From Lama glama (taxonomy: Eukaryota): a stretch of 64,000 bases of DNA. Below the pieces are notes generated by a model. It ran no database searches. It saw nothing but the letters and a program-made list of their open reading frames with translations, and was not told the origin of the DNA. Numbering within the stretch: the stretch's first letter is position 1; every line of letters begins with the position of its first letter. Below are positions 1 to 10,583 of this stretch, piece after piece. The stretch is taken from the NCBI GenBank assembly GCA_028534125.1, contig CM052819.1, positions 106,144,001 through 106,208,000 of the forward strand, in the 5' to 3' direction. Position numbers and translations under genes: made by a program.

Positions 1-467
1 TGTCCTAATTGGCATATTATTACTGAACAAAATCTAGAAATACATGAAAAGGACAAACACACTGTGACCAATGGGGCTGATTCCAGAAACACAAGATCAG
101 CTGAACATTTGAACTTCAATCAACTTAGTTCATGTCAACCAAACGAATCAGGAAAGTCACGCTGTCACCTCAGCAGGCGCAGAGAAAGCATCAGATAAAA
201 CTCAACATGCACACACAAAATTCAGCTCTTAGCAGAGCAGGGACAGAGGGAATTTCCTTAATCAGACAGACAGCATCTGTATAAACAACGTCCCTACAAC
301 AAATGTCGCACTCACTGGTGCAAAGCAGAGTGTTTTTCCTCTGAGGTCAGGAATAAGATAAGGATGTTCATTACTGGCACTTGTAAGCAGCACCAGAAGT
401 GAAGCAAGCCAAGAAACAGAAGCAATGAAGGAAAAATGTTTGGAAAGGAAGAAATTAAAAAGTCAGT

Positions 468-633
468 GGGGGAGGATATAGCTCAGCGGCAGAGTGCATG
501 CCCAGCATGCACAGAGTCCTGGGTTCAGTCCCCACGCCTCCGTTACATACATAAATAGACAAACCTAATTACTACCCCCTCCAAAGAGAAAAACAAGAAA
601 AATTTGCCTTAAAAAATAAAATAAAAATAAGAA
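468..633 (+). mobile_element. tRNA-derived SINE (camelid Vic-1-like) with target-site duplication
   Basis: Head ggggaggatatagctcagcggcagagtgc...gtcctgggttcagtcccc with A/B-box-like motifs and an A-rich tail. An 11-bp TSD taaaaagtcag lies at 456-466 and 634-644. Confidence 0.9.
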
Positions 634-705
634 TAAAAAGTCAGCATTCATTCACGGACAAAATTATTGTACGTGTAGGAAACCCAACAGAACCTACAGA
701 TAACT

Positions 706-741
706 TCTTTTTTGAGATATAGTCAGTTTAAAATGTTGTGT
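706..741 (-). mobile_element. Extremely 5'-truncated L1 3' terminus
   Basis: Reverse complement reads acacaacattttaaactgactatatctcaaaaaagaa, typical of an artiodactyl L1 3' end plus poly(A). Flanked by the direct repeat cagataact at 697-705 and 742-750. Confidence 0.7.
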
Positions 742-980
742 CAGATAACTCTTAAAACTAAGTGAATCTGGAAAGATGGCTGAATACAAGGTCTATATAC
801 AAGGATCACCTGTATTCTATGCAAACCAGAAACCAGTGGTTACACAATAAAAATAAAGAGCACTTAGAAATAAATGTCACCCAAAGTAGTAACCCTAACA
901 AAGTGTGTGGAGACAGCTGCACAGAAGACCCTCGGATGATACGGGCCACTGAGGATCCTTAAACAAAAGGGAGGACAGGA

Positions 981-1478
981 CAGTATGGAGGTTCCTCAAA
1001 AACTAAAACTAGACTCACCGTATGACCCAGCCATCCCACCCACTGCCGGCATATGTCCAGAGAAACTATAGTTTGAAAAGACACCTGCACCCCGGTGCTC
1101 ACAGTAGCACTGCATACAACAGCCAGACACGGAAGCATCCACATGTCCATCGACAGATGATGGGGTAAAGAAGGTGTGATACATATATACAGGAATGCAT
1201 ATATAATTATAATATATGTAGGAATACTACTCAGCCATAAAAAAGAATAAAATAACGCCGTTTGCAGCAACATGGAGATCGTCATTTCAAGCGAAGTAAG
1301 CCAGAGAGAGAAAGAAAAATACCGTATGATATCACTTATATGTGGAATCTTAAAAAAAAAAGAGGCACAAATGAGCTTATTTACAAAACAGAAACAGACT
1401 CACAGACGTAGAGACAAACTTATGATTACCAAAGGTAAAGGGGGTGGGAAGGGATAAATCAGGAGCCTGAAATTTGCA
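981..1478 (+). mobile_element. Younger L1 fragment (ORF2 C-terminus and start of 3' UTR)
   Basis: Well-preserved cagtatggaggttcctcaaaaactaaaa...tatgacccagccatccca...ggaatactactcagccataaaaaagaat...tttgcagcaacatgg...gatatcacttatatgtggaatct...acagaaacagactcacagac, matching laurasiatherian L1 3' regions. Confidence 0.9.
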
Positions 1479-1632
1479 CCTCTTGGGGAGGGATGAAAAT
1501 GTTAGCTATCTTGATTGTGGTAGTGGTTTCATGGGTGTGGACATCTATCAAAATTCATCAATTTGTTACATCTGAAATATGTGTAGTTAATGTGCAGGAA
1601 CTATATATAGCACAATAAAGTTGTTTTAAAAA
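1479..1632 (+). mobile_element. Second LINE 3' terminus (L1M/HAL1-type) fused to the preceding L1 fragment
   Basis: gggatgaaaatgttagctatcttgattgtggtagtggtttcatgggtgt...tcaaaattcatcaa; AATAAA at 1614-1619 and a short A-tail at 1628-1632. Confidence 0.65.
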
Positions 1633-3839
1633 TGTAGGAATAAACATTAGTGGAGCTCTCAATGCTTAAGAGTATTCAGTCTCATCAAACTGATCTATAG
1701 CTTCAGTGCAATTCTAATAATTCTGGCAGGATTTGGGGGGAAATTGAAAAGTCAAACGGAAGTATAAAATAACAAGTATAGCCAGGAAATTCTGAAGAAG
1801 GACACAGCTGGAAGATGACTCTACCAGGTCACGAGACTGATAAAGCTTCAGTGTGAAGACGGCGAGTGTTGGTGTGAGGACAGGAGCAGCACCTGACGAG
1901 AGTGAGTCCCATTAAAAACAGCAGCTCAGGGCCACCTGGGCACTGGCCGTGTGGCAGAGTTGTGCTGAAGAGCAGGAGGGAGAACGGCAATCTTTTCCCT
2001 GAGTAGCGCTGGGGCAACTGGATACAAAGAACAATGGATTGAGGGTGGACCCCTGCCTCCACCATACAGAAGAGACAGTCCCAGCCAGAACGTTGCTCTA
2101 AAGATGAGCATCAGAGCGATGAGCCTTGCAGAGGATCACAGAAGCAATCTGCATGACCGGGGAAGTCAGGGTTTCCTAAACAGGGCACAGAAAGCGCCAT
2201 CCACAGGAAAAAGCTCGATTAACTAAGTCACATTGAAATGAAGAACTCCTGTTTGTTAAAGGACCCTGCGAAGTTTCTGGAAAGGCCAGTCGCTGAGTGT
2301 GAGAAATGATGGAGGACACACAAGCAACAGAAGAGTCTGTGTCCAGAAGACACGAAGATAAGAAAACACCTGAGCGGCTTCTTCAGCAAAAGGACAAGCA
2401 CCGGGAATTATCACAGAGCTGCTCAGCCTCATCAGCCACTGGTCAGACCCGCACACCCTCCAGAACGGCCCAGACCGAAAGGACCGCCACCCTGAGTGCC
2501 CGGGAGGACGAGGAGCAGTCAGAGCCGTCACATGTTCTGGCGGGAGTGGAAGAGGGTTCGGCACTTTGGAAAATTGGCATTCCCTACTGAAGTGGGACAT
2601 GCACGTCGCCAGTGATGTGGCCCATGCCCAGCAGAGACACGTACACGCGTGTGCAGAAAGACATGTTTGAGAATGTTCACTGAAGCATTATTCATACAGC
2701 AAAAAGTGGGCACAACCCAGATCTCCATCGACAGCAGAATGAATAAATCTGTTGTGGAATGCTAACACTCTGGACTACGATACAGTGATGCAAATGCATT
2801 CATGAGAGCGGCTCAGACCCAGCAGGGAGGCTGTCAAGCAAAAGCAGCAGGACCCCAGAAGGCATGTGCTGCAGGGTTCCACCTGCGCAGAGTGAAAGGC
2901 AGGTGCAACCATTCCATGCTGCTCCAAGTCGGAGCAGAGGACCCCTGTGGGAGTTGGGAGGGCGCACAGGCAAGAGGCAGGAAGGGGACTCTGGTGGGGG
3001 GAGCCAGGTTCTGTTTCTTACCCGGGGGGGGGGGGTTCACGGTGCGCTCACTTTGAGTTAATTCATCAAGCTGCACACTTACACTGTGGGTACTTTTCTG
3101 TTCGTATGTCCTCCCTCAACAGAAACGCTTAGAAATACACCTGAGGTGATCCTTCCATGGCCCGGTTCACAGGGACCAGACTCCCAAGTTACCCATATAC
3201 AGTCAGCTGGAGCCCCTAGAATTCAAGTTTCAAACTGTAAACTGCAAGCTCTGACCACGTGGTCGTTAAGTCCCCCAGAGAGAAGGCGTTCAAGAACCAC
3301 AAGAGCCACCTCATTTGTCATTATCCAAACTTCCATCAGGCACACGTTCAGCCTCCAGCGCTTTCTAGAAAAGCCCCTGGAGGGGAGGGAGGGAGCAGGG
3401 GTCCCTCCCCCGGCCCCCTTCCGCCTCCCCACCGCTGCCCAGCTTCAGTTCCTAATTGCCTTTCAGCTTCTCAAGAAAGACTACTAACATAGTAATTAAG
3501 AGATAATGCAGCAAGAAAGCCAAGAAAAGAAAAGCTCCTTTTCCTGGTTCCAGTCCATGATCTTAGAATAGTATGTACCAGGAGCCATACTGTTTTTGCA
3601 TCTGATTTATACAAAAATCATTCAAAAGAAGTGGGTGCAGGTGCTAATTTTGTTTGATTTATGTATTTATTTGCACCATCTTATCCCACAAAGAATTCGA
3701 GGCGTTTGGCAATACTAATCCCCAACATTTACAGTCCTTTAGCGTTTACTAAGTAGTTTGTGTAGCTAATCCTCACAACCATGTGTTATTACCTCCGTCT
3801 CACACTGAGAACCTGCGCTCTCACTAACCGCTCCCACAC

Positions 3840-5330
3840 GCCGTCCCGTGGATCCTCGCGTGACCCCCAGCTTTCGTGGAGAGCGTCTCACGTTTGCCAC
3901 CATTTTGATGCCACAAATCCTGCTGCAGCACGGCTCCTGGGAAACAGGTGCACGCTTCCTCAGGGTGTGTGCTTAGGAGAGGGGCTGCAGGTTCTCAGGG
4001 GATGCACGTCTCTTTGTATGAAAATTCCAAATTGTTTTCCAGACAACAGAGTGGCTCATCACGCTGTTCCTGTGCACTGCTGAGTTCTTGCGCCAACTAC
4101 AGCTTTATCCATCTTGACACCTGGTGGGGGACTTCTCCCTGCCTGATTCTTCTGTCTTCCCCACCCCTCTTCTTCTCTTAAAATGTACACTTTAAAATAT
4201 TCTTCATATGCTATTTGATTTACCAAAAGATTGTGTGTAGCACATACGAAGTTACAAAATATGATATATGACCTTCCACTCACCACGCTGCCCAAGACTG
4301 CGCCATTTCCAGTGTTGCTGAAAAACGTATTACAGCTCAGTTGTGACAGCAACCTGGATCCGGGCGAGAGACCAGGCAGCACTCAGAGAGTTGGAGAAAA
4401 CTCAGGTTTATTACGCCAACAGGCCCAGCAGAGTTAACACTCCAAGCTCTGGACCCTGTCTGTAGGTTTACACAGGCCTTTATAGGCTGCCAGTTTTACG
4501 CTTTGTAATATCATATGCAAATAAAGTATAACAGAAGTTGACCAACTAGGAACAAGCTTTGTAGAAATGGACCAATCAGGAGTGAGAAAAATAACCAATC
4601 AAGAGTGAGGGGACTGGGCCAATCAGGAGTGAGCTCCATGCAAATGAAGTACTACAAATGGACCAATCAGAAGTGAGAGTAATAACCAATCAGGAGTGAA
4701 GGAAATAACCAATCAGAAGTGAGCTCAGGGAACCAATAGAATTTTAGGGGTAAGTAAACCGTTTCAGAAGCAAAAAGTGAGATAGAGCGTCTGGGCCAGG
4801 GAACGGATAGTGCTGTCAGGAGAGTAGTGGCCCCGCCTGCGGGTCCTGCTGGTCTTTTTATGGGGCTTCCCGCCTCACCAGTAGCCTCCATCCACACGCC
4901 CTTCCCCTAACCTGCTCCCTGTCGTCTCCCTGCTGGAGGTGACCTCCGCCCAAACTCTGTGTACCTCTCCCCAGCTGGTCAGTGTATCACGTGTACCTGT
5001 GTGCGTGTGCACACGTTACTTACACACAGAGCTATATGCACACGTACACACATACAGTGCATGTGCGCACCTGCCCAAGCCCGTTTTCAGGCTTTATAGA
5101 ATGGCGTGCTTTTCAGTCAACATTTAATCTCCAAGATGCCCCAGGTTGGGTGTTGTGTAGTTGGCTCCCTGGAAAGCTGTCTGGCCACTTCACCACGTGT
5201 GTACAGTGTGTGGATGAACCCAGTGCAGCTCGTCTCGCCCTGCAAAATGGGTGGTTGGATACTGTGAGCACGTCCTGGTGCCAGTGCCCTGACCATATGT
5301 GGAAGGATTCTTCCCCGGGAGCACTGAGGA
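3840..5330 (-). mobile_element. Ancient L1ME-like fragments, interrupted by the solo LTR
   Basis: Degenerate antisense L1 3' motifs (ccaaattgttttccag; ggaggtgacctcc...ctctgtgt; ttttcagtcaacatt...ccaggttg...gtgtagt) on both sides of the LTR. Confidence 0.5.
4342..4877 (-). mobile_element. Solo ERV LTR (~536 bp)
   Basis: TG...CA termini. 5-bp TSD with one mismatch (tcagt 4337-4341, ccagt 4878-4882). On the minus strand, TATAAA (4479-4484) is followed by AATAAA (4407-4412). The U3 region has 7 CCAAT boxes and 2 ATGCAAAT octamers. Confidence 0.85.
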
Positions 5331-5384
5331 GTGAGAACGCTGGCCAGTGGCTTTACTTGGACTCTTATCATTCCAACGATGTAT

Positions 5385-5940
5385 CTTTTCTTCTTGAAAC
5401 GCGGTCCTCTGCTGGGTCCTCCTGCCCCTCTGGGTTCTCAGCCCCCTCTGCCCTCCCCCACACCCCACGATAATGGTCGGAGCCCCTCAGGTCCGGCCCA
5501 GGCTCTCTCCTCTCTCCTCTCTCTTTGGGCGATTGCTTCCACTTCCAAGGCTCTCAGAGGCATGTCCCCAGCTCCGTTCTCGTCCCTGGATGCCAGTCTT
5601 TCGCTTTCCCTGCCTTCCACATACAGCCGCCAGAGCATCTGACAGGTGCTGCAAACTCAGCACAGCCCAGAGGACCTCCTGGCTCTCCTCGCGGCACTTC
5701 CCTTGGTCTTTCCCACCTTATTATAAAGCACCATCACCCTCCAAACACACAAGCCGGAATCCCAGCTGTGAGCTGTAATCCTCCCCTACTCGCACCCCTC
5801 ACCCAACCTCCCACCGAGTCTGCCCTCACCAGGAACACCAAGTGTACTTCCCAACACACCCCAGCTCTCTCCACTGCCACCGCTACCAGCTGACCTAAGC
5901 CATCAGCACGTCCCCCGGGTCCGCACATTAGCTGCAGTGC
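5385..5940 (+). mobile_element. LINE-2 relic
   Basis: L2 motifs in order: cttcttgaaac, ctttgggcgatt..ccacttcca, caaactcagcac, ctctctccactgccacc. Confidence 0.65.
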
Positions 5941-6077
5941 AGACACCCCGGGTGCCCCACATCACAAGTGGCACCCCGATGGGCAGTGGCATCTCTTCCC
6001 TCCCCCAGGCAGTCTGTGTACTTTGACGGAGCGGGTCTCGCTCCCAGCTTGAAGAGGAGGCCCTACTTGGCCTAAAC

Positions 6078-6248
6078 CTGGGGGTAGCAAGCTTTTTCTT
6101 TAAAGGGCCAAATGGTCACTATTTTAGGCTCTCAGGCCGCGTGTATCTCTAACATGCACTCTTCTCCCTCGGGCGTTGTGAGTGTGCAACTCATTCTGGG
6201 CCCGCGGACGGTACAGAGCAGGCCGCAGGCCTCGTCTGCCCAGCTCTG
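6078..6248 (+). mobile_element. MER58-like hAT-Charlie DNA transposon relic
   Basis: ggggtagcaagctttttctttaaagggccaaatggtcactattttaggct...cattctgggcccgcggacggtaca...caggccgcaggcc resembles MER58. Confidence 0.7.
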
Positions 6249-8829
6249 GTCTGAGCACCCGGCACGTTCCGTGTTGCCGGTGGTTGAGGCAGGTAGAGAC
6301 CCCACGGGGCCGGATCAGCACCCCCCCCCGGCCCCTGCCAATGGCGTGCTGACCCAGCATTCTCCCTTCTCCAAGTTCATGAGGAGCAGAAATGCTCCGT
6401 TGGCCTGGGCACCCTCACCACCAAGGCCTTGTCATCCTCAACGGTCCACTCAAAGCCACGGCTCCAGGGGAAGCTGGTCAGCCCTGAGCATGAGAGCCGC
6501 GGCTCCTGTCACCCCCACCCCTGCACTGCAGCTCAGCACTCTCCACCCTGGGCATCGCCTGCCTGGGAGGAGGGCCCAGAAGGATGGAGACCAGGCTCAG
6601 GGTGGGGGACCACGGACAGTCACATGCTCAGGATGGGGATCGCAGGCCTGCCCCTGCCCAACCCTGGCGCCTGGCTCCTCACACCAGGCTGCCTCCAGAT
6701 AGCGGGAGCGCCACTGCCCCCCGCCCTATCTAACCTGCAGACTAGGAACAACTCGAGAGCGAGTTCATTGTGGTAAGCGTGTGCCGCCCTTGCACGTGAC
6801 GCACTGCCCAAGGCACTGAAAGGCCAGCAGAACGTCCTCAGTTCCCAGCTCTGCTTGATGCCCTAGATTTCCACTTCAGCCTGGCTTCCCCGGCTGGTGT
6901 GCGTGGCCAGCGATGCAGACCTCCCTGGCTGCCTCTGGGTTTGAGCTGTTCGAGTCCAGGACCAGGGGAGGCTTAGGACTGAGTCAGTGCCAACCCCGGA
7001 TCCCCAGTGAAACACACTGAGTCAGAACTCCTCCCCTGGTCCTGGGGTGGGGGTGGGAAGTGTGTACGTGTCTCGAGCACAGACACGGCCACTCCTGGCC
7101 CCTCTCGTGACTGAGGGGATTCACTCTGGGGCTGGGGACCCAGAGGAGGAAGTCTGTCATGAGCTGAGCAGACTCCAAGCAAGGTGTCCACGCCAGGAAG
7201 ACCTGACTCAAGGTTTAGTAGCATTTGATCTTTGTCACTCCAGTCTCATGATTTTGGTTTTTGTTTTTTTAATTTAAGGCAAAAAAAAAATCTGTCTCAG
7301 ATAAATGTATCACAGTATATTGTTTACCACTCATTAGCAGTTCTAGCTACCTGACTTTTTTAAAAGCCAAGAAATCAATAACCTACTTTCAGACTATGAT
7401 CTAAAGTCCCAGTGAGTGTCCCTTCTCCAAGACTGGGCAGAATTCAGTAAAACAAGGCAAAGCACATTTTTTTCAGATACGTTCCTGGTTGTTCACAGGG
7501 ACTAAAGTGAAAGGGGCTTCAAAAGAACATGAAAAAGGTTATCCCTGACATTGAACAACTGAAATCCACAGTCAAGGTGCATCCCTCTCAGGCCAGTTAA
7601 ACCATGACTGTGGCCTGGGCGTGGTCTCTGCAGGACTGGCCACCAAGGTGCTTGCCCTGCAGAGGTGGGGACAGGATCACTCAGGTCACCCTGTGTGGGC
7701 CCAGGGTACCGGCTCGGGTCTGGAGTGGAGGTCGGACAGCCAGGCTACGACGGCTGCCCCGGCTCAGGGCTGCACGCCCACCTGGGGGGTCGCTGCACCA
7801 GAGTGGCTTCTATACTTGTGAGCCTTGAACCCCCCCTTCCGTGGAAAGCCTGACAGCCAGGGTGTGAATGCACGCCCAGCAGCTCTGTGGCCAGCGGGCT
7901 GGCCTGGTCCCCTCCTTCCAGTAGTCCCCCAGCCGCAGACTGAAATCCTGTTCATGCTGCCTCTCACGAGCCTGCATCTTTGTCCTCAGACCATTACCCA
8001 TCTTTCTGTACCACTCTGACCCGCAGGCATCTGTGCCTAGAATAATTTCTAATTCTGCCTCCGGGCTACCCGGTTACGCTGACTGATTCAGCTGGAGGAG
8101 AAAAGGGGTGAGGTGGACCTGCTGTTGTGTAACCAGTGTTCCCAGCAGGCGAAGTTCCACACCCTTCTGTACCTCCAAGACCACGTCCTGGGAGAGATGA
8201 CCGGCTAGACCCCCAGAGGCGAGCATTTGAGCATCAGCTTTATTTCCCAGGACACCAAAGTGTGATTTCATTTTCACACTTTGCACAAGTGAGGCAAGCA
8301 GTGGGCCGGAGGCCTGGGGGCGGGGCGGGGCTCAGGCTGGGGCAATGCTGTTTGCACTGAGGGCCTTGCAGGCACAGCTGCCAGCACCCCTGAGGAGACC
8401 AAGGGCCCATCCCAGGCACCCACGTGTCTGATGTTGACCGTGACCAGGGGGAAGGACGGGCTTTCCTGAGGAGGTCGTAAGACCCTCATCCTGGACCTTG
8501 ACCTCTCAGGTGCCCGGCGAGCCCTGGTACTGTCCCACGTGTTGGCCCCGGGTGACTGGAAACTGCTTTCACCCCACATCAGCATAAAGAGACACGTCCT
8601 GTGGGTGTCACTGCAGGTCGGGGAGAACACCACATACACCCATCTCTGGAGAGGATGGCGGCTGAGGAGAGCAGCACGGCAGGCAGGGGCGACCCCAGGC
8701 TCCCAGCCGCCTCCAAAGTGGCCAAGAGGCGGGCCAGCCAGCTGGAGCCCCGTGCAGGCCTGGGGCTCTCCGCCTCAGCTGAGAGGCTGAATTCACTCCA
8801 CCAGCTCCGCCTGGAGGGCAGGCACCGCT

Positions 8830-9192
8830 TCCCCTGTGCACACAATACTGAGCGCGGGCCTCTCAGACCGGCTCCAGGCTGGGCTTCTGTCTTGCTTTGG
8901 CCAACAGGACATTAGGAAATGTGCCGAGGCTGGAAAAGCCCTGGGCACCGAACTCTGCCTCCCCTCTTGCTGCTGATGGGGCCACACCAGCACGAGCAGC
9001 AGCGGCGGCCAGCTTTCGGATGGCAGTCCCTGCCCGAGACCCGAGGGAGTGGCCCGTGTGAGTCCCAGCTCATACAAGCCACACCCCACGAAGCAGAGAT
9101 GAACAGTGCCAGTCGCTCGCCCTCAGGATCGCGAACAAATAAATGATTGCTTCAGGCCACTTAGTTGGGGTGGTTGGTTACACAGAAATAAA
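8830..9192 (+). mobile_element. MaLR (MLT1-like) LTR relic
   Basis: ttgctttggccaacagga...gaggctggaaaagc and the 3' end aaataaatgattgcttcaggccacttagttggggtggttggttacacagaaata are typical of MLT1. Confidence 0.65.
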
Positions 9193-10374
9193 GTCCTCAT
9201 GTACATTTTGCTTCTTAAGGATGAATCCCTAGACGTCATCCCAGGAGTCCTGGTGTTTCCGTGTTGTCCAGCGCCCCTCTGGACGCTGCACCTGGCAGCA
9301 GCCCTCAGGGCAGGCGCTGGGCCTCCTGCTAGCTGGCGGGCCTTCCCGTGAGAGAGCAACCTGAAATAGACCGCTGGCCGCCGCAGCACTCAGGTCACTG
9401 CACTCAGGGATACCCCGTTCTGTCCCATGACTTGGGGGTGACCGTAGCTAACCTCTAGAGTGCGAGGCTGGGCTCTTCCCCGACACGTGTCTTCTTCCCC
9501 CTCTTACACCGGAGCAAACCGGCAGAGGTCCAGAGAGATGCCGTAGGCCCCGCAGCTGAGAAGGGGGTTAGCAGAACTGGGCCCTGGAGCGCAGCCTCCG
9601 CTGGCACCGGCGCTGCCCAGGCTGAGGGCCCCAGGCCGGCCCGCCGCCGCCCGCTGCGCCCTGGAGTCCTCCTAGTAGGTGACCAGCCCCTGGAGAGCTC
9701 TGGGCACCCGCGTCTAAGGACTGGACTTTTCTTGTCAAACTGTTTTCTGAGTAGAAGTGCAGCCTTGAGTTGGTTATTCTGGTCTTCCAAACGTGGCACT
9801 TCCACAAATGCTTACCACTCTGCGTGTAAACACTTCTCGGTATCGCCGCAGAAAATGCAATTACGGTGCCCGGTGGCGTACGCTTACCGCGTGCTCGTGA
9901 ATCAGCTTTGACAAGCCTTCACCCGCTAACCGACCAAGCCGGCCCCCGCAGCTGGTCATCTGGCCTTGCTTCTGATCTCGCCGAGGGTCCCACGCAGAAA
10001 CCGGGGGGCGCCGTCGGCGTCTGGTGGCCGTGACCCCACCTCCTCCAGCACGCCCCCGACTTCGCACCGCGCAGGCCGGGTGCACCTTAACGTCCCGTTC
10101 CCGGCGCGCCCTCCAGCGCGCGGACGCTGCGGACCCCGCCCGCCTCGCCGGGGACTCCGCGCAGCCGGCCGCGGGCGGGGCCTCGCGGGGCCGCGCCCCT
10201 CCCGCCGCCCTGGGCCCTCTCTCCCGGCTCCCTCCGTCCCCCAGCCCCCGCTCGCGCTCCCGGGCCCCGCCGACCGCGGGTAAGACTCGGCGCGGCCTGC
10301 GTGCGCGCGCACGTGCGGCGTCGAGGCGTCACCGCCCCCCCGCGTGCGCGCGGCCGGCCGCGGGGGTCGCGGGG

Positions 10375-10583
10375 AGGGCGGAGCCAACGCCGAGGGCGGA
10401 GGGCGGAGGCTGAGGCGGCGGCTGAGGCGGCGGCCGGTCGGGCCGCGCTCGGGGGCGCGCTCGGGGGCGCGCTCGGGGCCGCGCCAGGCCACGGCCAGCG
10501 CGCCGCAGCCCCCGGCGGCCGATCGGAGCCCCGCGGACTCGCGATCGGAGCCCTTGAGCAGAGCGGAGCGGCCCGCGGCTGAG
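10375..10583 (+). other. Probable non-coding first exon of an unidentified gene (start approximate)
   Basis: Follows the GC boxes, contains no ATG, and ends at the canonical donor GAG|GTGAGG (GT at 10584-10585). Exon status is inferred from architecture. Confidence 0.6.

Larger units (their letters stand above)
1..3135 (+). mobile_element. Ancient LINE-1 (L1M, probably L1MD/ME-like) ORF2 relic plus 3' UTR, interrupted by younger insertions
   Basis: Decayed ORF2 motifs occur in the correct order: HDQVGFIPG-like (~60-90), AEKAFDKIQH-like (~175-210), FPLRSG-like (~335-350), GKEEIK..LFADDMIVY.ENP-like split by the SINE (440-685), LIYRFNAIP-like (~1690), NKWCW.NW-like (~2000). An L1M-type 3' end lies near 3040-3135. 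Many stops and frameshifts. Confidence 0.85.

Noticed and set aside
468-545. tRNA-like sequences at 468, 19378 and 59405
   Set aside because: They are SINE heads with A-rich tails (two with TSDs), not tRNA genes.
959-1457. ORFs of 61-108 aa in the L1 region
   Set aside because: Sense or antisense fragments of decayed L1 ORF2 and 3' UTR.
4560-4740. Regularly spaced repeats superficially like a CRISPR array
   Set aside because: Mammalian DNA; these are 23-24-bp tandem units of an LTR U3 region with no unique spacers and no cas genes.
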